From: Planktosalinus sp.
GTDB taxonomy: Bacteria; Bacteroidota; Bacteroidia; Flavobacteriales; Flavobacteriaceae
Assembly: GCA_036735625.1 (NCBI GenBank)
Contig: DAINOA010000001.1
Span: 19,517 to 83,516 of the forward strand
DNA length: 64,000 nucleotides
Reading direction: 5' to 3'
This document shows, piece after piece, positions 29,440 through 38,052 of this stretch (position 1 is its first letter; each line of letters opens with the position of its first letter). The position numbers and the translations under genes were made by a program. The notes under the pieces are model-generated. The model saw only the letters and a list, made by a program, of their open reading frames with translations, was not told the origin of the DNA and searched no databases.

Positions 29440-30795
29440 ATGAAAATCCTCCACCTCGATAAAAACCACCCGCTTCTCCAAGAACAACTTGCAACTGCCG
29501 GTTTCCAAAATGAGGAGGATTACATTTCTTCAAAAAAAGAAATTGAAGCAAAAATTGCCCTTTATGAAGGCATCGTCATTCGCAGTCGTTTTGAAATCGA
29601 CAAGCCGTTTCTTAATGCAGCCAAAAACCTGAAATTCATAGCGCGTGTGGGTGCCGGACTAGAGAGTATTGATGTAGCTTACGCCGAAAGCAAAAAAATC
29701 ACCCTCATTGCTGCCCCGGAAGGGAATAGAAATGCAGTAAGCGAACACGCACTGGGAATGCTGCTGAACCTTTTCAACAAACTCAAACAAGCAGATACCG
29801 AAGTAAAAAAAGGATTGTGGCATCGTGAGTCAAACCGAGGCGTGGAGCTAGACGGAAAAACAGTGGGCATCATCGGGTATGGGAATATGGGAAAAGCCTT
29901 TGCCAAAAAATTACGCGGTTTTGACGTGGAGGTGCTTTGTTATGACATCAAAGAAAATGTGGGCGACCAGAATGCCAAACAAGTTTTAATGGAGGAAATT
30001 CATGAAAATGCAGATGTGTTGAGCTTGCATATTCCCTGGGATGAAACAACTGACAAAATGGTCAACATTCAATTTATTTCCAAATTTAAAAAATCGTTCT
30101 GGTTGCTAAACACAGCACGTGGAAAATGTGTTGTAACAAGTCACCTGGTTGATGCTTTAAAATCAGGGAAAATCCTGGGAGCAGGATTGGATGTGTTGGA
30201 ATATGAAAAAAGCTCATTTGAATCTTTATTTTCAAAAGAAGAACTGCCTGTTGCCTTGCAAGAGCTTGTCAAAATGGACAATGTGCTGTTGAGTCCTCAT
30301 ATTGCAGGGTGGACCTTAGAAAGCAAAGTAAAACTGGCTCAAGTGATTGTTGATAAAATCAAGGTGTTATATGGTTTGGGCGATAGAAAGACGGGATTCC
30401 TGCCTGCGCAGGAATTTGGCGTTTCAGGTCTCGGCGGATTTTTCTTTAAAACCAAAGATCCTGATTATTTAAAGGATTGGTATAAAAAACATTTAGGAAT
30501 GAATACTGACCAATATGGATGGACATTTTGGTGGAAAGACAATGATGGCAATCCCTGCTCAACACAATGGAGCCCGTTTAAGGATGACACGACCTATTTC
30601 GCTCCCAGCGAAAAACCCTTTATGATTAATTTGAGAGTTAAAAACCTAGTTAAACTTTTAGAGCATTTAAAAGTAGAAGGAGTCACAGTGGTTGGAAATG
30701 TGGAAGAGTTTAGTTATGGAAAATTTGGCTGGATACTCGATCCTGAAGGCAATAAGATAGAGCTCTGGGAACCGAATGATAGCGCCTTTTTGTAG
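29440..30795 (+). CDS. D-2-hydroxyacid (phosphoglycerate-like) dehydrogenase fused to a C-terminal VOC/glyoxalase domain
   Basis: RVGAG, GIIGYGNMG, NTARG, LDVLEYE, SPHIAG; then VSGLGGFFFK..DP....WY, MINLRV, YGKF.W..DPEGNKIELWEP in the same frame. Confidence 0.88.
   Translation: MKILHLDKNHPLLQEQLATAGFQNEEDYISSKKEIEAKIALYEGIVIRSRFEIDKPFLNAAKNLKFIARVGAGLESIDVAYAESKKITLIAAPEGNRNAVSEHALGMLLNLFNKLKQADTEVKKGLWHRESNRGVELDGKTVGIIGYGNMGKAFAKKLRGFDVEVLCYDIKENVGDQNAKQVLMEEIHENADVLSLHIPWDETTDKMVNIQFISKFKKSFWLLNTARGKCVVTSHLVDALKSGKILGAGLDVLEYEKSSFESLFSKEELPVALQELVKMDNVLLSPHIAGWTLESKVKLAQVIVDKIKVLYGLGDRKTGFLPAQEFGVSGLGGFFFKTKDPDYLKDWYKKHLGMNTDQYGWTFWWKDNDGNPCSTQWSPFKDDTTYFAPSEKPFMINLRVKNLVKLLEHLKVEGVTVVGNVEEFSYGKFGWILDPEGNKIELWEPNDSAFL
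30396..30415. repeat. 20-bp ATTCCY-N8-RGGAAT palindrome inside the CDS linker
   Basis: ATTCCTGC-CTGC-GCAGGAAT, 8-bp perfect stem. Confidence 0.75.
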
Positions 30796-30824
30796 ATAAC
30801 ATTACAAATTTAAAAAGAGCATAA

Positions 30825-31148
30825 ATGAATTCTTTAAAGATGCCTGAACTAAAAAAAGCACTCTACATAGTTTGGGGAATTGTTGCTTTAACCGGGTTGA
30901 TTTTGGTTTTAATTCCATTTTTTATAGACGAACATTTACTGCTAAAAACAACCCCTGTTTGCACAAGTATAGTTTCCGGTGAAGGGTCTTGTGTTTTTTG
31001 TGGTTTGACCAGTGGTTTTATTGCCATAAGTAATGGAATGATTGAAGAGGCTCTTTTATGGAATACATTTAGTTTACTCATTTACATAATTTTTATACTA
31101 AATTTTATCATCTTCTCATTTTCTTTAATATATTTGAAGAACAAGTAA
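30825..31148 (+). CDS. DUF2752-like membrane protein
   Basis: TM - C...G..C..CGLT..F..I..G....A...N - TM pattern. Confidence 0.7.
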   Translation: MNSLKMPELKKALYIVWGIVALTGLILVLIPFFIDEHLLLKTTPVCTSIVSGEGSCVFCGLTSGFIAISNGMIEEALLWNTFSLLIYIIFILNFIIFSFSLIYLKNK

Positions 31149-31170
31149 CTAACCTTTAACCTTTTTCAAT

Positions 31171-31422
31171 TTGAATACAGCCAGTTTGGTTTTTGGAATT
31201 TTAGCCATTCTAGGAATGCTTGTAGGTTTTATACCTTGTTTTGGAGCGTTAAACTGGATAAACATCCCCTTTGCTTTTATTGGTTTAATTGTAAGTATCG
31301 TTGCTTTGTCTAATAAACAAGAAGGCAATTCAAAAAATGGTGCCCTGGCAGGTCTAATTATGTGCTTATGTGCTATGTTTTTTGGATTGTTCAGACTCTT
31401 CTTGGGAGGAGGTATTTTATAA
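31171..31422 (+). CDS. Small membrane protein (DUF4190-like)
   Basis: ASLVFGI...IPC.G......GL..SIVAL......G.ALAGLI; TTG start. Confidence 0.65.
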   Translation: MNTASLVFGILAILGMLVGFIPCFGALNWINIPFAFIGLIVSIVALSNKQEGNSKNGALAGLIMCLCAMFFGLFRLFLGGGIL

Positions 31423-31440
31423 TCATTAACTTTTACTATT

Positions 31441-31791
31441 ATGGAAGAAAACAAAAACTCAGACAACCTTGGCGAAGAAGCCAGAAAAACAGCCGATGAA
31501 TTTAAAGAAAGCTGGAACAAATCCATCAATGAAAACAAAGAAAATAAAAAGCTAATCGCCGGTATTTTAGCCATCCTTTTAGGGGGCTTTGGTATTCATA
31601 AATTTATTTTAGGCTATAATAAAGAAGGAATTATTCTACTAGTTGTAACGGTGGTATTAGGAATCATTACCTGTGGTGTTGCGGCATCTGCTGCCTGGAT
31701 AGTTGGTCTTATTGAAGGAATCATCTATTTGACTAAAAGCGATGAGGAGTTTTTTGAAACCTATCAGGCTAACAAAAAACCTTGGTTTTAA
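31441..31791 (+). CDS. TM2 domain-containing protein
   Basis: K.IAGILAI.LG.FGIHKF.LGY..EGI, IEGIIYLTKSDEEF..TY....K.WF. Confidence 0.9.
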   Translation: MEENKNSDNLGEEARKTADEFKESWNKSINENKENKKLIAGILAILLGGFGIHKFILGYNKEGIILLVVTVVLGIITCGVAASAAWIVGLIEGIIYLTKSDEEFFETYQANKKPWF

Positions 31792-31807
31792 AAGTTTTTC
31801 TTAAAAG

Positions 31808-33625
31808 TTACCCTTTATTTTCCTCGTTTTTTGAGGCAAATTTTTGTTCCATTTCGGCTTGAAACTCTTCCAAGACAGGTTTGACTGTGCTTTCGGGCAG
31901 GTCTGCTATGCGTATATACATCAAGCCGTCAACGGCATTATTGAATAGCGGGTCCACATTAAAAGCAACTACTTTTGCGTTTTGCTTGATGTATTTTTTT
32001 ATGAGTACCGGAAGTCGCAATTCGCCGGGCTCGAGTTCGTCAATAATTTTGTCAAACTTGTTTAAATCGGCTTCTGTTTCGTCAAAAACAAAATCTTTGT
32101 CAGCATCCTTGAGCTTAACTTTAAAATCTTTTTTAGGGTGAATAAATTGCGCCACATAAGGGTCATAATAGTTAGACTTCATAAACTCTATCATCAAAGA
32201 TTTTGAGAATTCTGAAAAACGATCACTGATGGTAACGCCTCCAATGAGGTAACGATGCTCCGGAAAACGCAGTGTTGTATGAACAATTCCTTTCCATAAA
32301 AGAAACAGGGGCATGGGCTTTTGTTGGTATTCTTTAATGATAAAAGCGCGTCCCATTTCTATGGACTGGCTCATCATTTTGTACAATTCCGGCTCAAACC
32401 TGAAAAGGTCGTGAAGGTAAAAACCTTCAATACCATAAGCTTCATAGATTTTTGAGCCCAGGCCCATTCGGTAAGCACCTGCAATTTTTTTGGACTCATT
32501 GTCCCATAAAAACATATGGTGATAATAGGCATCAAAAACATCGAGATCAAGTGCTTTATTGGTTCCCTCACCTACTTCTCTGAAAGTGATTTCGCGTAAG
32601 CGACCTATTTCCTGAAGAATGTTTGGGATGTTATCAGGATGAGAGAGAAAAACTTCATAGTTTTTACTAATCAACAGCCTTTTGTCCAATTCTTGAAGTT
32701 TGAGTACTTCTTTTTCAAGTATATGAGTTGGCACAGGTGTAGCAATGCTTTTTGGTGGTTTTGGAAATTTTAACTTTTTAGGAATGTTATCCAGTAGTTT
32801 CTTCTTGGCAAATGTGTTTGCCAGCATATAGGTTTTCTTCCTCAAAAAGGCTGTAAAATCTTCAAGTGATTCTTGTTCCTGCTGGTCTTTTACAGATATT
32901 GGATTGCCAATTCTTATTTTTATGGTGCGCTCTCGCTGACTCAATAATTCTGAAGGAAGTTTAGCTGTGCGAAAGGTGGGGTTTAACTTTGCAAGTTTAT
33001 AAAATAGCAAACTGTTTTTTGCATGAAAGTAAATAGGCACGACAGGCACTTCAGCTTTTTTGATGAGTTTCATTGCTGCTTCCTCCCAGGGCTTATCGGT
33101 AATGCGTTTGTCTTCTTTATAAGTAGATACTTCTCCAGCCGGAAAAATACCTAAGGGGTGATCGTCCTGAAGATGTTTTAGTGCATTTTTGAAGCCGCTC
33201 ACACTCGATTTGATTTCCTTTTTGTTTTCAAAAGGGTTTACCGGCATCACATAAGGCTTAAGTGGCTCAATGCGGTGCAGTAAAAAATTGGCTATGATTT
33301 TGTAATCTAGGCGTTGTTCCAAAAGGATTTTAAGTAATAAAATACCGTCAATTCCTCCCAGTGGGTGGTTTGAAATGGTTATAAACGCTCCGTTTTTAGG
33401 TATTCGCCGCAGGTCTTCTTCCGGGATTTCAAACTTCACTTCAAATTCGTCAAGCAGGGCGTTGATAAAATAAAGTCCTTCCAAATGTTTGTGTTTGTCA
33501 TAAATGCGGTTACAAGCAGAAATTCGTAATGTTTTCATTAACGTCCAGCCAATGAAAGTGCCTAAAAACCCAAGTTTATGGGCATTGATGGCTCGTGCAA
33601 TTTCTTTTGGGGTTACTAGTGGCAT
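31808..33625 (-). CDS. Bifunctional PlsC-type O-acyltransferase / GNAT N-acyltransferase (OlsF-like amino-lipid synthase)
   Basis: N-terminal NHPLGGID and FPAGEV; C-terminal EIGRLRE.TFR.VGEG, D.FD.YY, GAYR, EMGR, P.L.K.Y, FN.D..F. Confidence 0.82.
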   Translation of the reverse strand: MPLVTPKEIARAINAHKLGFLGTFIGWTLMKTLRISACNRIYDKHKHLEGLYFINALLDEFEVKFEIPEEDLRRIPKNGAFITISNHPLGGIDGILLLKILLEQRLDYKIIANFLLHRIEPLKPYVMPVNPFENKKEIKSSVSGFKNALKHLQDDHPLGIFPAGEVSTYKEDKRITDKPWEEAAMKLIKKAEVPVVPIYFHAKNSLLFYKLAKLNPTFRTAKLPSELLSQRERTIKIRIGNPISVKDQQEQESLEDFTAFLRKKTYMLANTFAKKKLLDNIPKKLKFPKPPKSIATPVPTHILEKEVLKLQELDKRLLISKNYEVFLSHPDNIPNILQEIGRLREITFREVGEGTNKALDLDVFDAYYHHMFLWDNESKKIAGAYRMGLGSKIYEAYGIEGFYLHDLFRFEPELYKMMSQSIEMGRAFIIKEYQQKPMPLFLLWKGIVHTTLRFPEHRYLIGGVTISDRFSEFSKSLMIEFMKSNYYDPYVAQFIHPKKDFKVKLKDADKDFVFDETEADLNKFDKIIDELEPGELRLPVLIKKYIKQNAKVVAFNVDPLFNNAVDGLMYIRIADLPESTVKPVLEEFQAEMEQKFASKNEENKG

Positions 33626-33675
33626 TATGGAGAAGTTGTTTGCGGTAAATATAGTGAAATAGTATGTATCTATAG

Positions 33676-34926
33676 CTACCTCACCACCAACTGCATAGTA
33701 TCTCTGCTTTGTTGTTTTAAGAGGACTTCATATCCCCTTTCCAGTTTATCTACTTCATTTTGTTTAAAGTGACGAATGGTGTATAGCGTAACATTTTCGT
33801 TGTACAACACTTTAAAATTGGAACGCAATCGGGATAAGAGTTCATCGAGTTTGTTGTATTTGTTGTCAACCACAACGGTAAAACTAATAGCAGAATTTTG
33901 AATCATATTGACTTTCATCTTGTATTTGTGAAGTAGTTTAAAGACCTCACCAATGTGGTCCTCTACCATAAATGAAAAATCCCGTGAGGAAAGTGAAATC
34001 AAAACTTGTTCTTTTTTAACGATATAACAAGAAACTGCCGGGATTAAATCCTTCCCTTTAGCTACTGAAGTTCCTGTTTGAGTAGGATTTAAAAAGGATT
34101 TTACAAACAAGGGTATTTCTTTTCGCTGCAGCGGCTGAAGTGTTTTAGGGTGAATCACTGATGCTCCATAGAACGCCATTTCAATTGCTTCACGATAAGA
34201 AATTTGTTCTAAAAGGGTGGTGTTTTTAAACGTGCGGGGGTCTGCATTGAGTACCCCGGGAACGTCTTTCCAAATAGTAACACTTTCGGCTCCCAGGCAG
34301 TAGGCAAAAATAGCGGCGGTGTAATCGCTTCCCTCCCTGCCTAAGGTAGTTGTAAAATTATTTTCATTGGAACCTAAAAACCCTTGGGTAAGAGTGAGGA
34401 TTTTAGGTTTTACTTTTTCTTTGATTTTGGACTGTGTCAATTCCCAGTCAACGCCCGCATCACGGTAATTATTGTCTGTTTTAATACACTCACGGCTGTC
34501 AATCCAGGTGTTATTGATGTGTTGGTCTTTTAAAAAACTACTCACAATTTTAGTGGAAACCAATTCTCCATAACAGACCACTTGGTCATAAACATAAGCG
34601 TGGTTTGTTGATTTATTGTGTGCTAAAAAATGTTTTAATTCCTCAAAAAGGAAATGAACTTCTTTGTAAACGACATGGTTTTTTTCCGGAAATAACTCCT
34701 GAAGTATTTTGTAATGATAATCGATTACTTCGGCTAAAGCAGCGTCCATTTGCAGTGACTTTTGCAAGTAAGCAGACACTACTTTCTCCAGTGCATTTGT
34801 CATTTTTCCCATTGCAGAAATCACCACCACCAGATTATCAAATCCAGTAGTGATCAAAACTGTTTTTACGTTTTTAATACTTGTGGCGTCTTTAACAGAT
34901 GCCCCTCCAAACTTAAATATACGCAT
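33676..34926 (-). CDS. Aspartate kinase
   Basis: KFGGASV, VISAMG..TN.L, GELVS, TLGREGSDYTA, KDVPG...ADP, GASVIHP; ACT-like C-terminus. Confidence 0.92.
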   Translation of the reverse strand: MRIFKFGGASVKDATSIKNVKTVLITTGFDNLVVVISAMGKMTNALEKVVSAYLQKSLQMDAALAEVIDYHYKILQELFPEKNHVVYKEVHFLFEELKHFLAHNKSTNHAYVYDQVVCYGELVSTKIVSSFLKDQHINNTWIDSRECIKTDNNYRDAGVDWELTQSKIKEKVKPKILTLTQGFLGSNENNFTTTLGREGSDYTAAIFAYCLGAESVTIWKDVPGVLNADPRTFKNTTLLEQISYREAIEMAFYGASVIHPKTLQPLQRKEIPLFVKSFLNPTQTGTSVAKGKDLIPAVSCYIVKKEQVLISLSSRDFSFMVEDHIGEVFKLLHKYKMKVNMIQNSAISFTVVVDNKYNKLDELLSRLRSNFKVLYNENVTLYTIRHFKQNEVDKLERGYEVLLKQQSRDTMQLVVR

Positions 34927-35432
34927 TAATTAAAGTCTAAAAAGTTAGTCAACCCCTTTTCGTCCATATGCACTGTGCGCCAGTCCTTTAGAACCTTAGC
35001 TCCGCTGCGCTCATAAAACTTAATTGCTCCCTCATTCCAGTCAAGAACCACCCATTCTACACGCTTTACGCCTTGTGATTTGGCATATTTCAGTACTTTC
35101 TGATAGAGAGCACTTCCAAGGCCTGAACCTCTCATTTTTTCTTTTACAATCAAATCTTCCAGGTGAACAGTACGTCCTTTCCAGGTTGAAAACCGAAAAT
35201 AAACGAGTGCCATGCCTACGATTTCAGAATCAATTTCGGCTACAAAACACTTGAAGAGGGGGTTTTCGCTAAAGCCTTCCTTTTCAAGCTCTTCCACTGT
35301 CACAACCACCGCATCGGGTTCACGCTCAAAGGTTGCAAGTTCTTGAATGAGTTCTAACACCTGAGGCATATCGCCTTTTTTACTTTCTCTAATATTCCCG
35401 AGAAAGCGGGAATCTCGTTCTTTAGTGTCCAT
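34926..35432 (-). CDS. GNAT family N-acetyltransferase (diamine acetyltransferase-like)
   Basis: IQELA.FE, FSTWKG...HLEDL.V....RG.GLG, W.VLDWN..AI.FY..SGA. Confidence 0.9.
   Translation of the reverse strand: MDTKERDSRFLGNIRESKKGDMPQVLELIQELATFEREPDAVVVTVEELEKEGFSENPLFKCFVAEIDSEIVGMALVYFRFSTWKGRTVHLEDLIVKEKMRGSGLGSALYQKVLKYAKSQGVKRVEWVVLDWNEGAIKFYERSGAKVLKDWRTVHMDEKGLTNFLDFN
35394..35413. repeat. 20-bp ATTCCC-N8-GGGAAT palindrome inside the GNAT 5' end
   Basis: ATTCCCG-AGAAAG-CGGGAAT; encodes part of RDSRFLGN on the minus strand. Confidence 0.75.
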
Positions 35433-35632
35433 ATTTTAACTTCTAAAAAAATCCAATAAAACTAATTTTAATGTGATTTGACCTTATTATTCAACATTCA
35501 CAAAAATACCGATATTTCCTCTGTATCAAACTATAAATTGGAGAATAAACATTAAATTTAAGGTCTCAAGCCCGGAAAATCAAAGAACTTTTTACAATTT
35601 GTAGATTTAATTTGGATTGGAAAAATTTAATG

Positions 35633-35640
35633 TACTTTTG
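35633..35640 (+). promoter_or_regulatory. -7 promoter element (TACTTTTG) for fbp
   Basis: TAnnTTTG 26 nt upstream of the ATG. Confidence 0.6.
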
Positions 35641-35666
35641 TATGAAAACCACATCTTTTTCAAAAA

Positions 35667-36674
35667 ATGGCTGATCACAACAAAACTTTAGGCGAATTTA
35701 TCATAGAAAACCAAAAGGATTTTGCTTATTCATCAGGTGAACTTTCCCGATTGATTAACTCAATAAGATTAGCTGCTAAAGTAGTAAACCACGAGGTAAA
35801 CAAAGCAGGTTTGGTGGATATTTTAGGGGCCTTTGGAGACAAAAACATTCAAGGGGAAGATCAGCAAAAACTGGATGTGTTTGCTAACGAAGCCTTTATT
35901 AAAACACTGACCAATCGCGAAATCGTTTGCGGAATTGCTTCTGAAGAAAACGATGGGTTTATCACCATTTCTGGTCGTGAAAAGAATAATCAGAACAAAT
36001 ATGTGGTGCTTATTGACCCCCTTGACGGTTCATCAAACATCGATGTAAATGTTTCTGTTGGAACCATTTTTTCGATTTACAGAAGGGTCACCCCTGCCGG
36101 AACACCGGTAACTTTGGAAGATTTTCTTCAACCCGGTATCAATCAAGTGGCAGCAGGTTATATTATCTATGGAACCTCCACAATGATTGTTTATACCACA
36201 GGCCACGGGGTTAACGGATTTACTTTGAATCCCGCAATTGGAACCTATTATTTGTCACATCCCAATATGAGAATTCCACAGGATGGTAGAATTTATTCTG
36301 TTAACGAGGGATATTATATTCACTTCCCGCAAGGCGTCAAGGATTACATTAAATACTGCCAGATGGAAGAAGATGACAGGCCCTATACTTCCAGATATAT
36401 TGGTTCATTAGTTTCTGATATCCACCGAAATTTATTAAAAGGCGGCATATATTTCTATCCCAAAAGCTCCAAAGCATCAAACGGCAAATTGCGTTTGCTT
36501 TATGAGTGCAACCCTATGGCGTTTATAGTTGAACAGGCAGGTGGAAAAGCGAGCGACGGTTTTAACCGAATTATGGAAATTCAACCCACTGAGTTACACC
36601 AGCGTGTCCCATTTTTCTGTGGAAGTAAAAATATGGTTAATAAAGCTGAAGAGTTTATGGCAAATGCCAAATAA
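35667..36674 (+). CDS. fbp: Class 1 fructose-1,6-bisphosphatase
   Basis: [43 protein letters not shown]. Confidence 0.97.
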   Translation: MADHNKTLGEFIIENQKDFAYSSGELSRLINSIRLAAKVVNHEVNKAGLVDILGAFGDKNIQGEDQQKLDVFANEAFIKTLTNREIVCGIASEENDGFITISGREKNNQNKYVVLIDPLDGSSNIDVNVSVGTIFSIYRRVTPAGTPVTLEDFLQPGINQVAAGYIIYGTSTMIVYTTGHGVNGFTLNPAIGTYYLSHPNMRIPQDGRIYSVNEGYYIHFPQGVKDYIKYCQMEEDDRPYTSRYIGSLVSDIHRNLLKGGIYFYPKSSKASNGKLRLLYECNPMAFIVEQAGGKASDGFNRIMEIQPTELHQRVPFFCGSKNMVNKAEEFMANAK

Positions 36675-36714
36675 AAAGCCAAAAAATCAATTTCAGGACT
36701 TTGTTATTATTTTT

Positions 36715-37140
36715 TTACTTCTTGTTTAACAAGTACTCGTAATCATAAAAGTCAAGCCCGCCTTTAAAAATTTCAATTGACCGCTTGATTATACGTTCAG
36801 CCTCTTGCTCTTTAAAGCCTAGTGCAATCGCATAACGGCTCAAAAACGTAGCCTCATCTTGATCGATTTCGCCATCGGCAAAAATCATTCTGAAAATGTC
36901 ATGTAACTGTTTCAGTCTTATTTCTTGAGAATGAGTTGGATATATAGGGTATTTCTTTGGGTTTTTAATAATTTCATTATACTCTAGCTCGTTGATGTCG
37001 AGTCTTCTTGCAAAACGTAATAACAGAAACTCTTCTTCTGTTTTGATGGGTCCATCAACTCTGGCAACATTGACAAGGGCTGAAAAGTGGCCTAACTTTC
37101 GCTTGTGGCTTCCGCCGCTAAATAAATCTTCTAATGACAT
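36715..37140 (-). CDS. TerB family (tellurite-resistance-like) protein
   Basis: Two metal-binding loops A.VDG.I..EE and MIFADG.ID..E; start moved to MSLED. Confidence 0.8.
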   Translation of the reverse strand: MSLEDLFSGGSHKRKLGHFSALVNVARVDGPIKTEEEFLLLRFARRLDINELEYNEIIKNPKKYPIYPTHSQEIRLKQLHDIFRMIFADGEIDQDEATFLSRYAIALGFKEQEAERIIKRSIEIFKGGLDFYDYEYLLNKK

Positions 37141-37158
37141 GAGGTAAGTTATTTTGTA

Positions 37159-37166
37159 CAAAGATA
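37159..37166 (-). promoter_or_regulatory. -7 promoter element (TATCTTTG) for the TerB-like gene
   Basis: Exact consensus 18 nt upstream of ATG 37140. Confidence 0.6.
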
Positions 37167-37247
37167 GATTATCAAAAAGATTTTATGAAAATTAAAATTG
37201 CCTTTTTTAAGAAGTTGACTACCTTTATGTTTACGTTTCTTAATAAG

Positions 37248-38030
37248 ATGAAAAAAACACTTCAAATCTCAAATGGAATTGCTTTTGTTTCCATGATTTT
37301 TATTAATTATTTGTCAAACACCGGTTTGATAAATGGCAATACAAATGCATCTGTTTCCAGAGAAGTACAAAACTTATTTACCCCGGCAGGATATGCTTTT
37401 TCAATTTGGGGACTTATTTATTTATTGATTTTGGGCTTTGTGATTTACCAAGGCTTGGGTTTATTTAAAAAAAGTTTAGACAATGACACTGCTTCAAAAG
37501 TGGGCATTTGGTTTGTGGTTTCTTGTTTGGCTAATTCATTATGGCTTTTTGCCTGGTTGCACGAGCAACTATTGATTTCAGTTTTAATTATGATGCTGCT
37601 TTTAACTTCTCTTTTAAAAATTCATTTAAAAACACACTTATTAAAAGACAAAGTTTCTATTAATCACACTCTTTGTATAAGGCTACCTTTTTCTGTTTAC
37701 ATGGGTTGGATTTCAGTAGCCTTAATTGCAAATATTGCCGGGTTTTTAACCCAAATTGATTGGAATGGTTTTGGGTTAAGTGCTGTTTTTTGGACTTTAG
37801 CTATGATCTTTATAGCGGGTGTTTTAAAGCTCTTTGTAACTTGGAAACGAAATATTCCAGAATTTGCATTTGTGGGTGCTTGGGCTTTAGCAGCCATAGC
37901 TATTGCAAACAGGGAAGTAGAGCAAACTATTTTTAGTACAGCAACAATGGTGGCTATAGTTTTGATTTTAAGCAATGTTTTACGCGCTATCAAAAAAGGG
38001 AACGTGTTGTCTTTGCTTCAGAAAAAATAG
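37248..38030 (+). CDS. Tryptophan-rich sensory protein (TspO/MBR-related membrane protein)
   Basis: FTPAGYAFSIWGLIY, N..W...W, PFSVY.GWISVA.IAN; about 8 TM; start moved to MKKTL. Confidence 0.8.
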   Translation: MKKTLQISNGIAFVSMIFINYLSNTGLINGNTNASVSREVQNLFTPAGYAFSIWGLIYLLILGFVIYQGLGLFKKSLDNDTASKVGIWFVVSCLANSLWLFAWLHEQLLISVLIMMLLLTSLLKIHLKTHLLKDKVSINHTLCIRLPFSVYMGWISVALIANIAGFLTQIDWNGFGLSAVFWTLAMIFIAGVLKLFVTWKRNIPEFAFVGAWALAAIAIANREVEQTIFSTATMVAIVLILSNVLRAIKKGNVLSLLQKK

Positions 38031-38052
38031 CCCTATACTATTTGTTTGATTT

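Noticed and set aside
7039..33625. Two unrelated proteins both start MPLVTP (7039 and 33625)
   Set aside because: The codons differ and similarity stops after six residues; coincidence.
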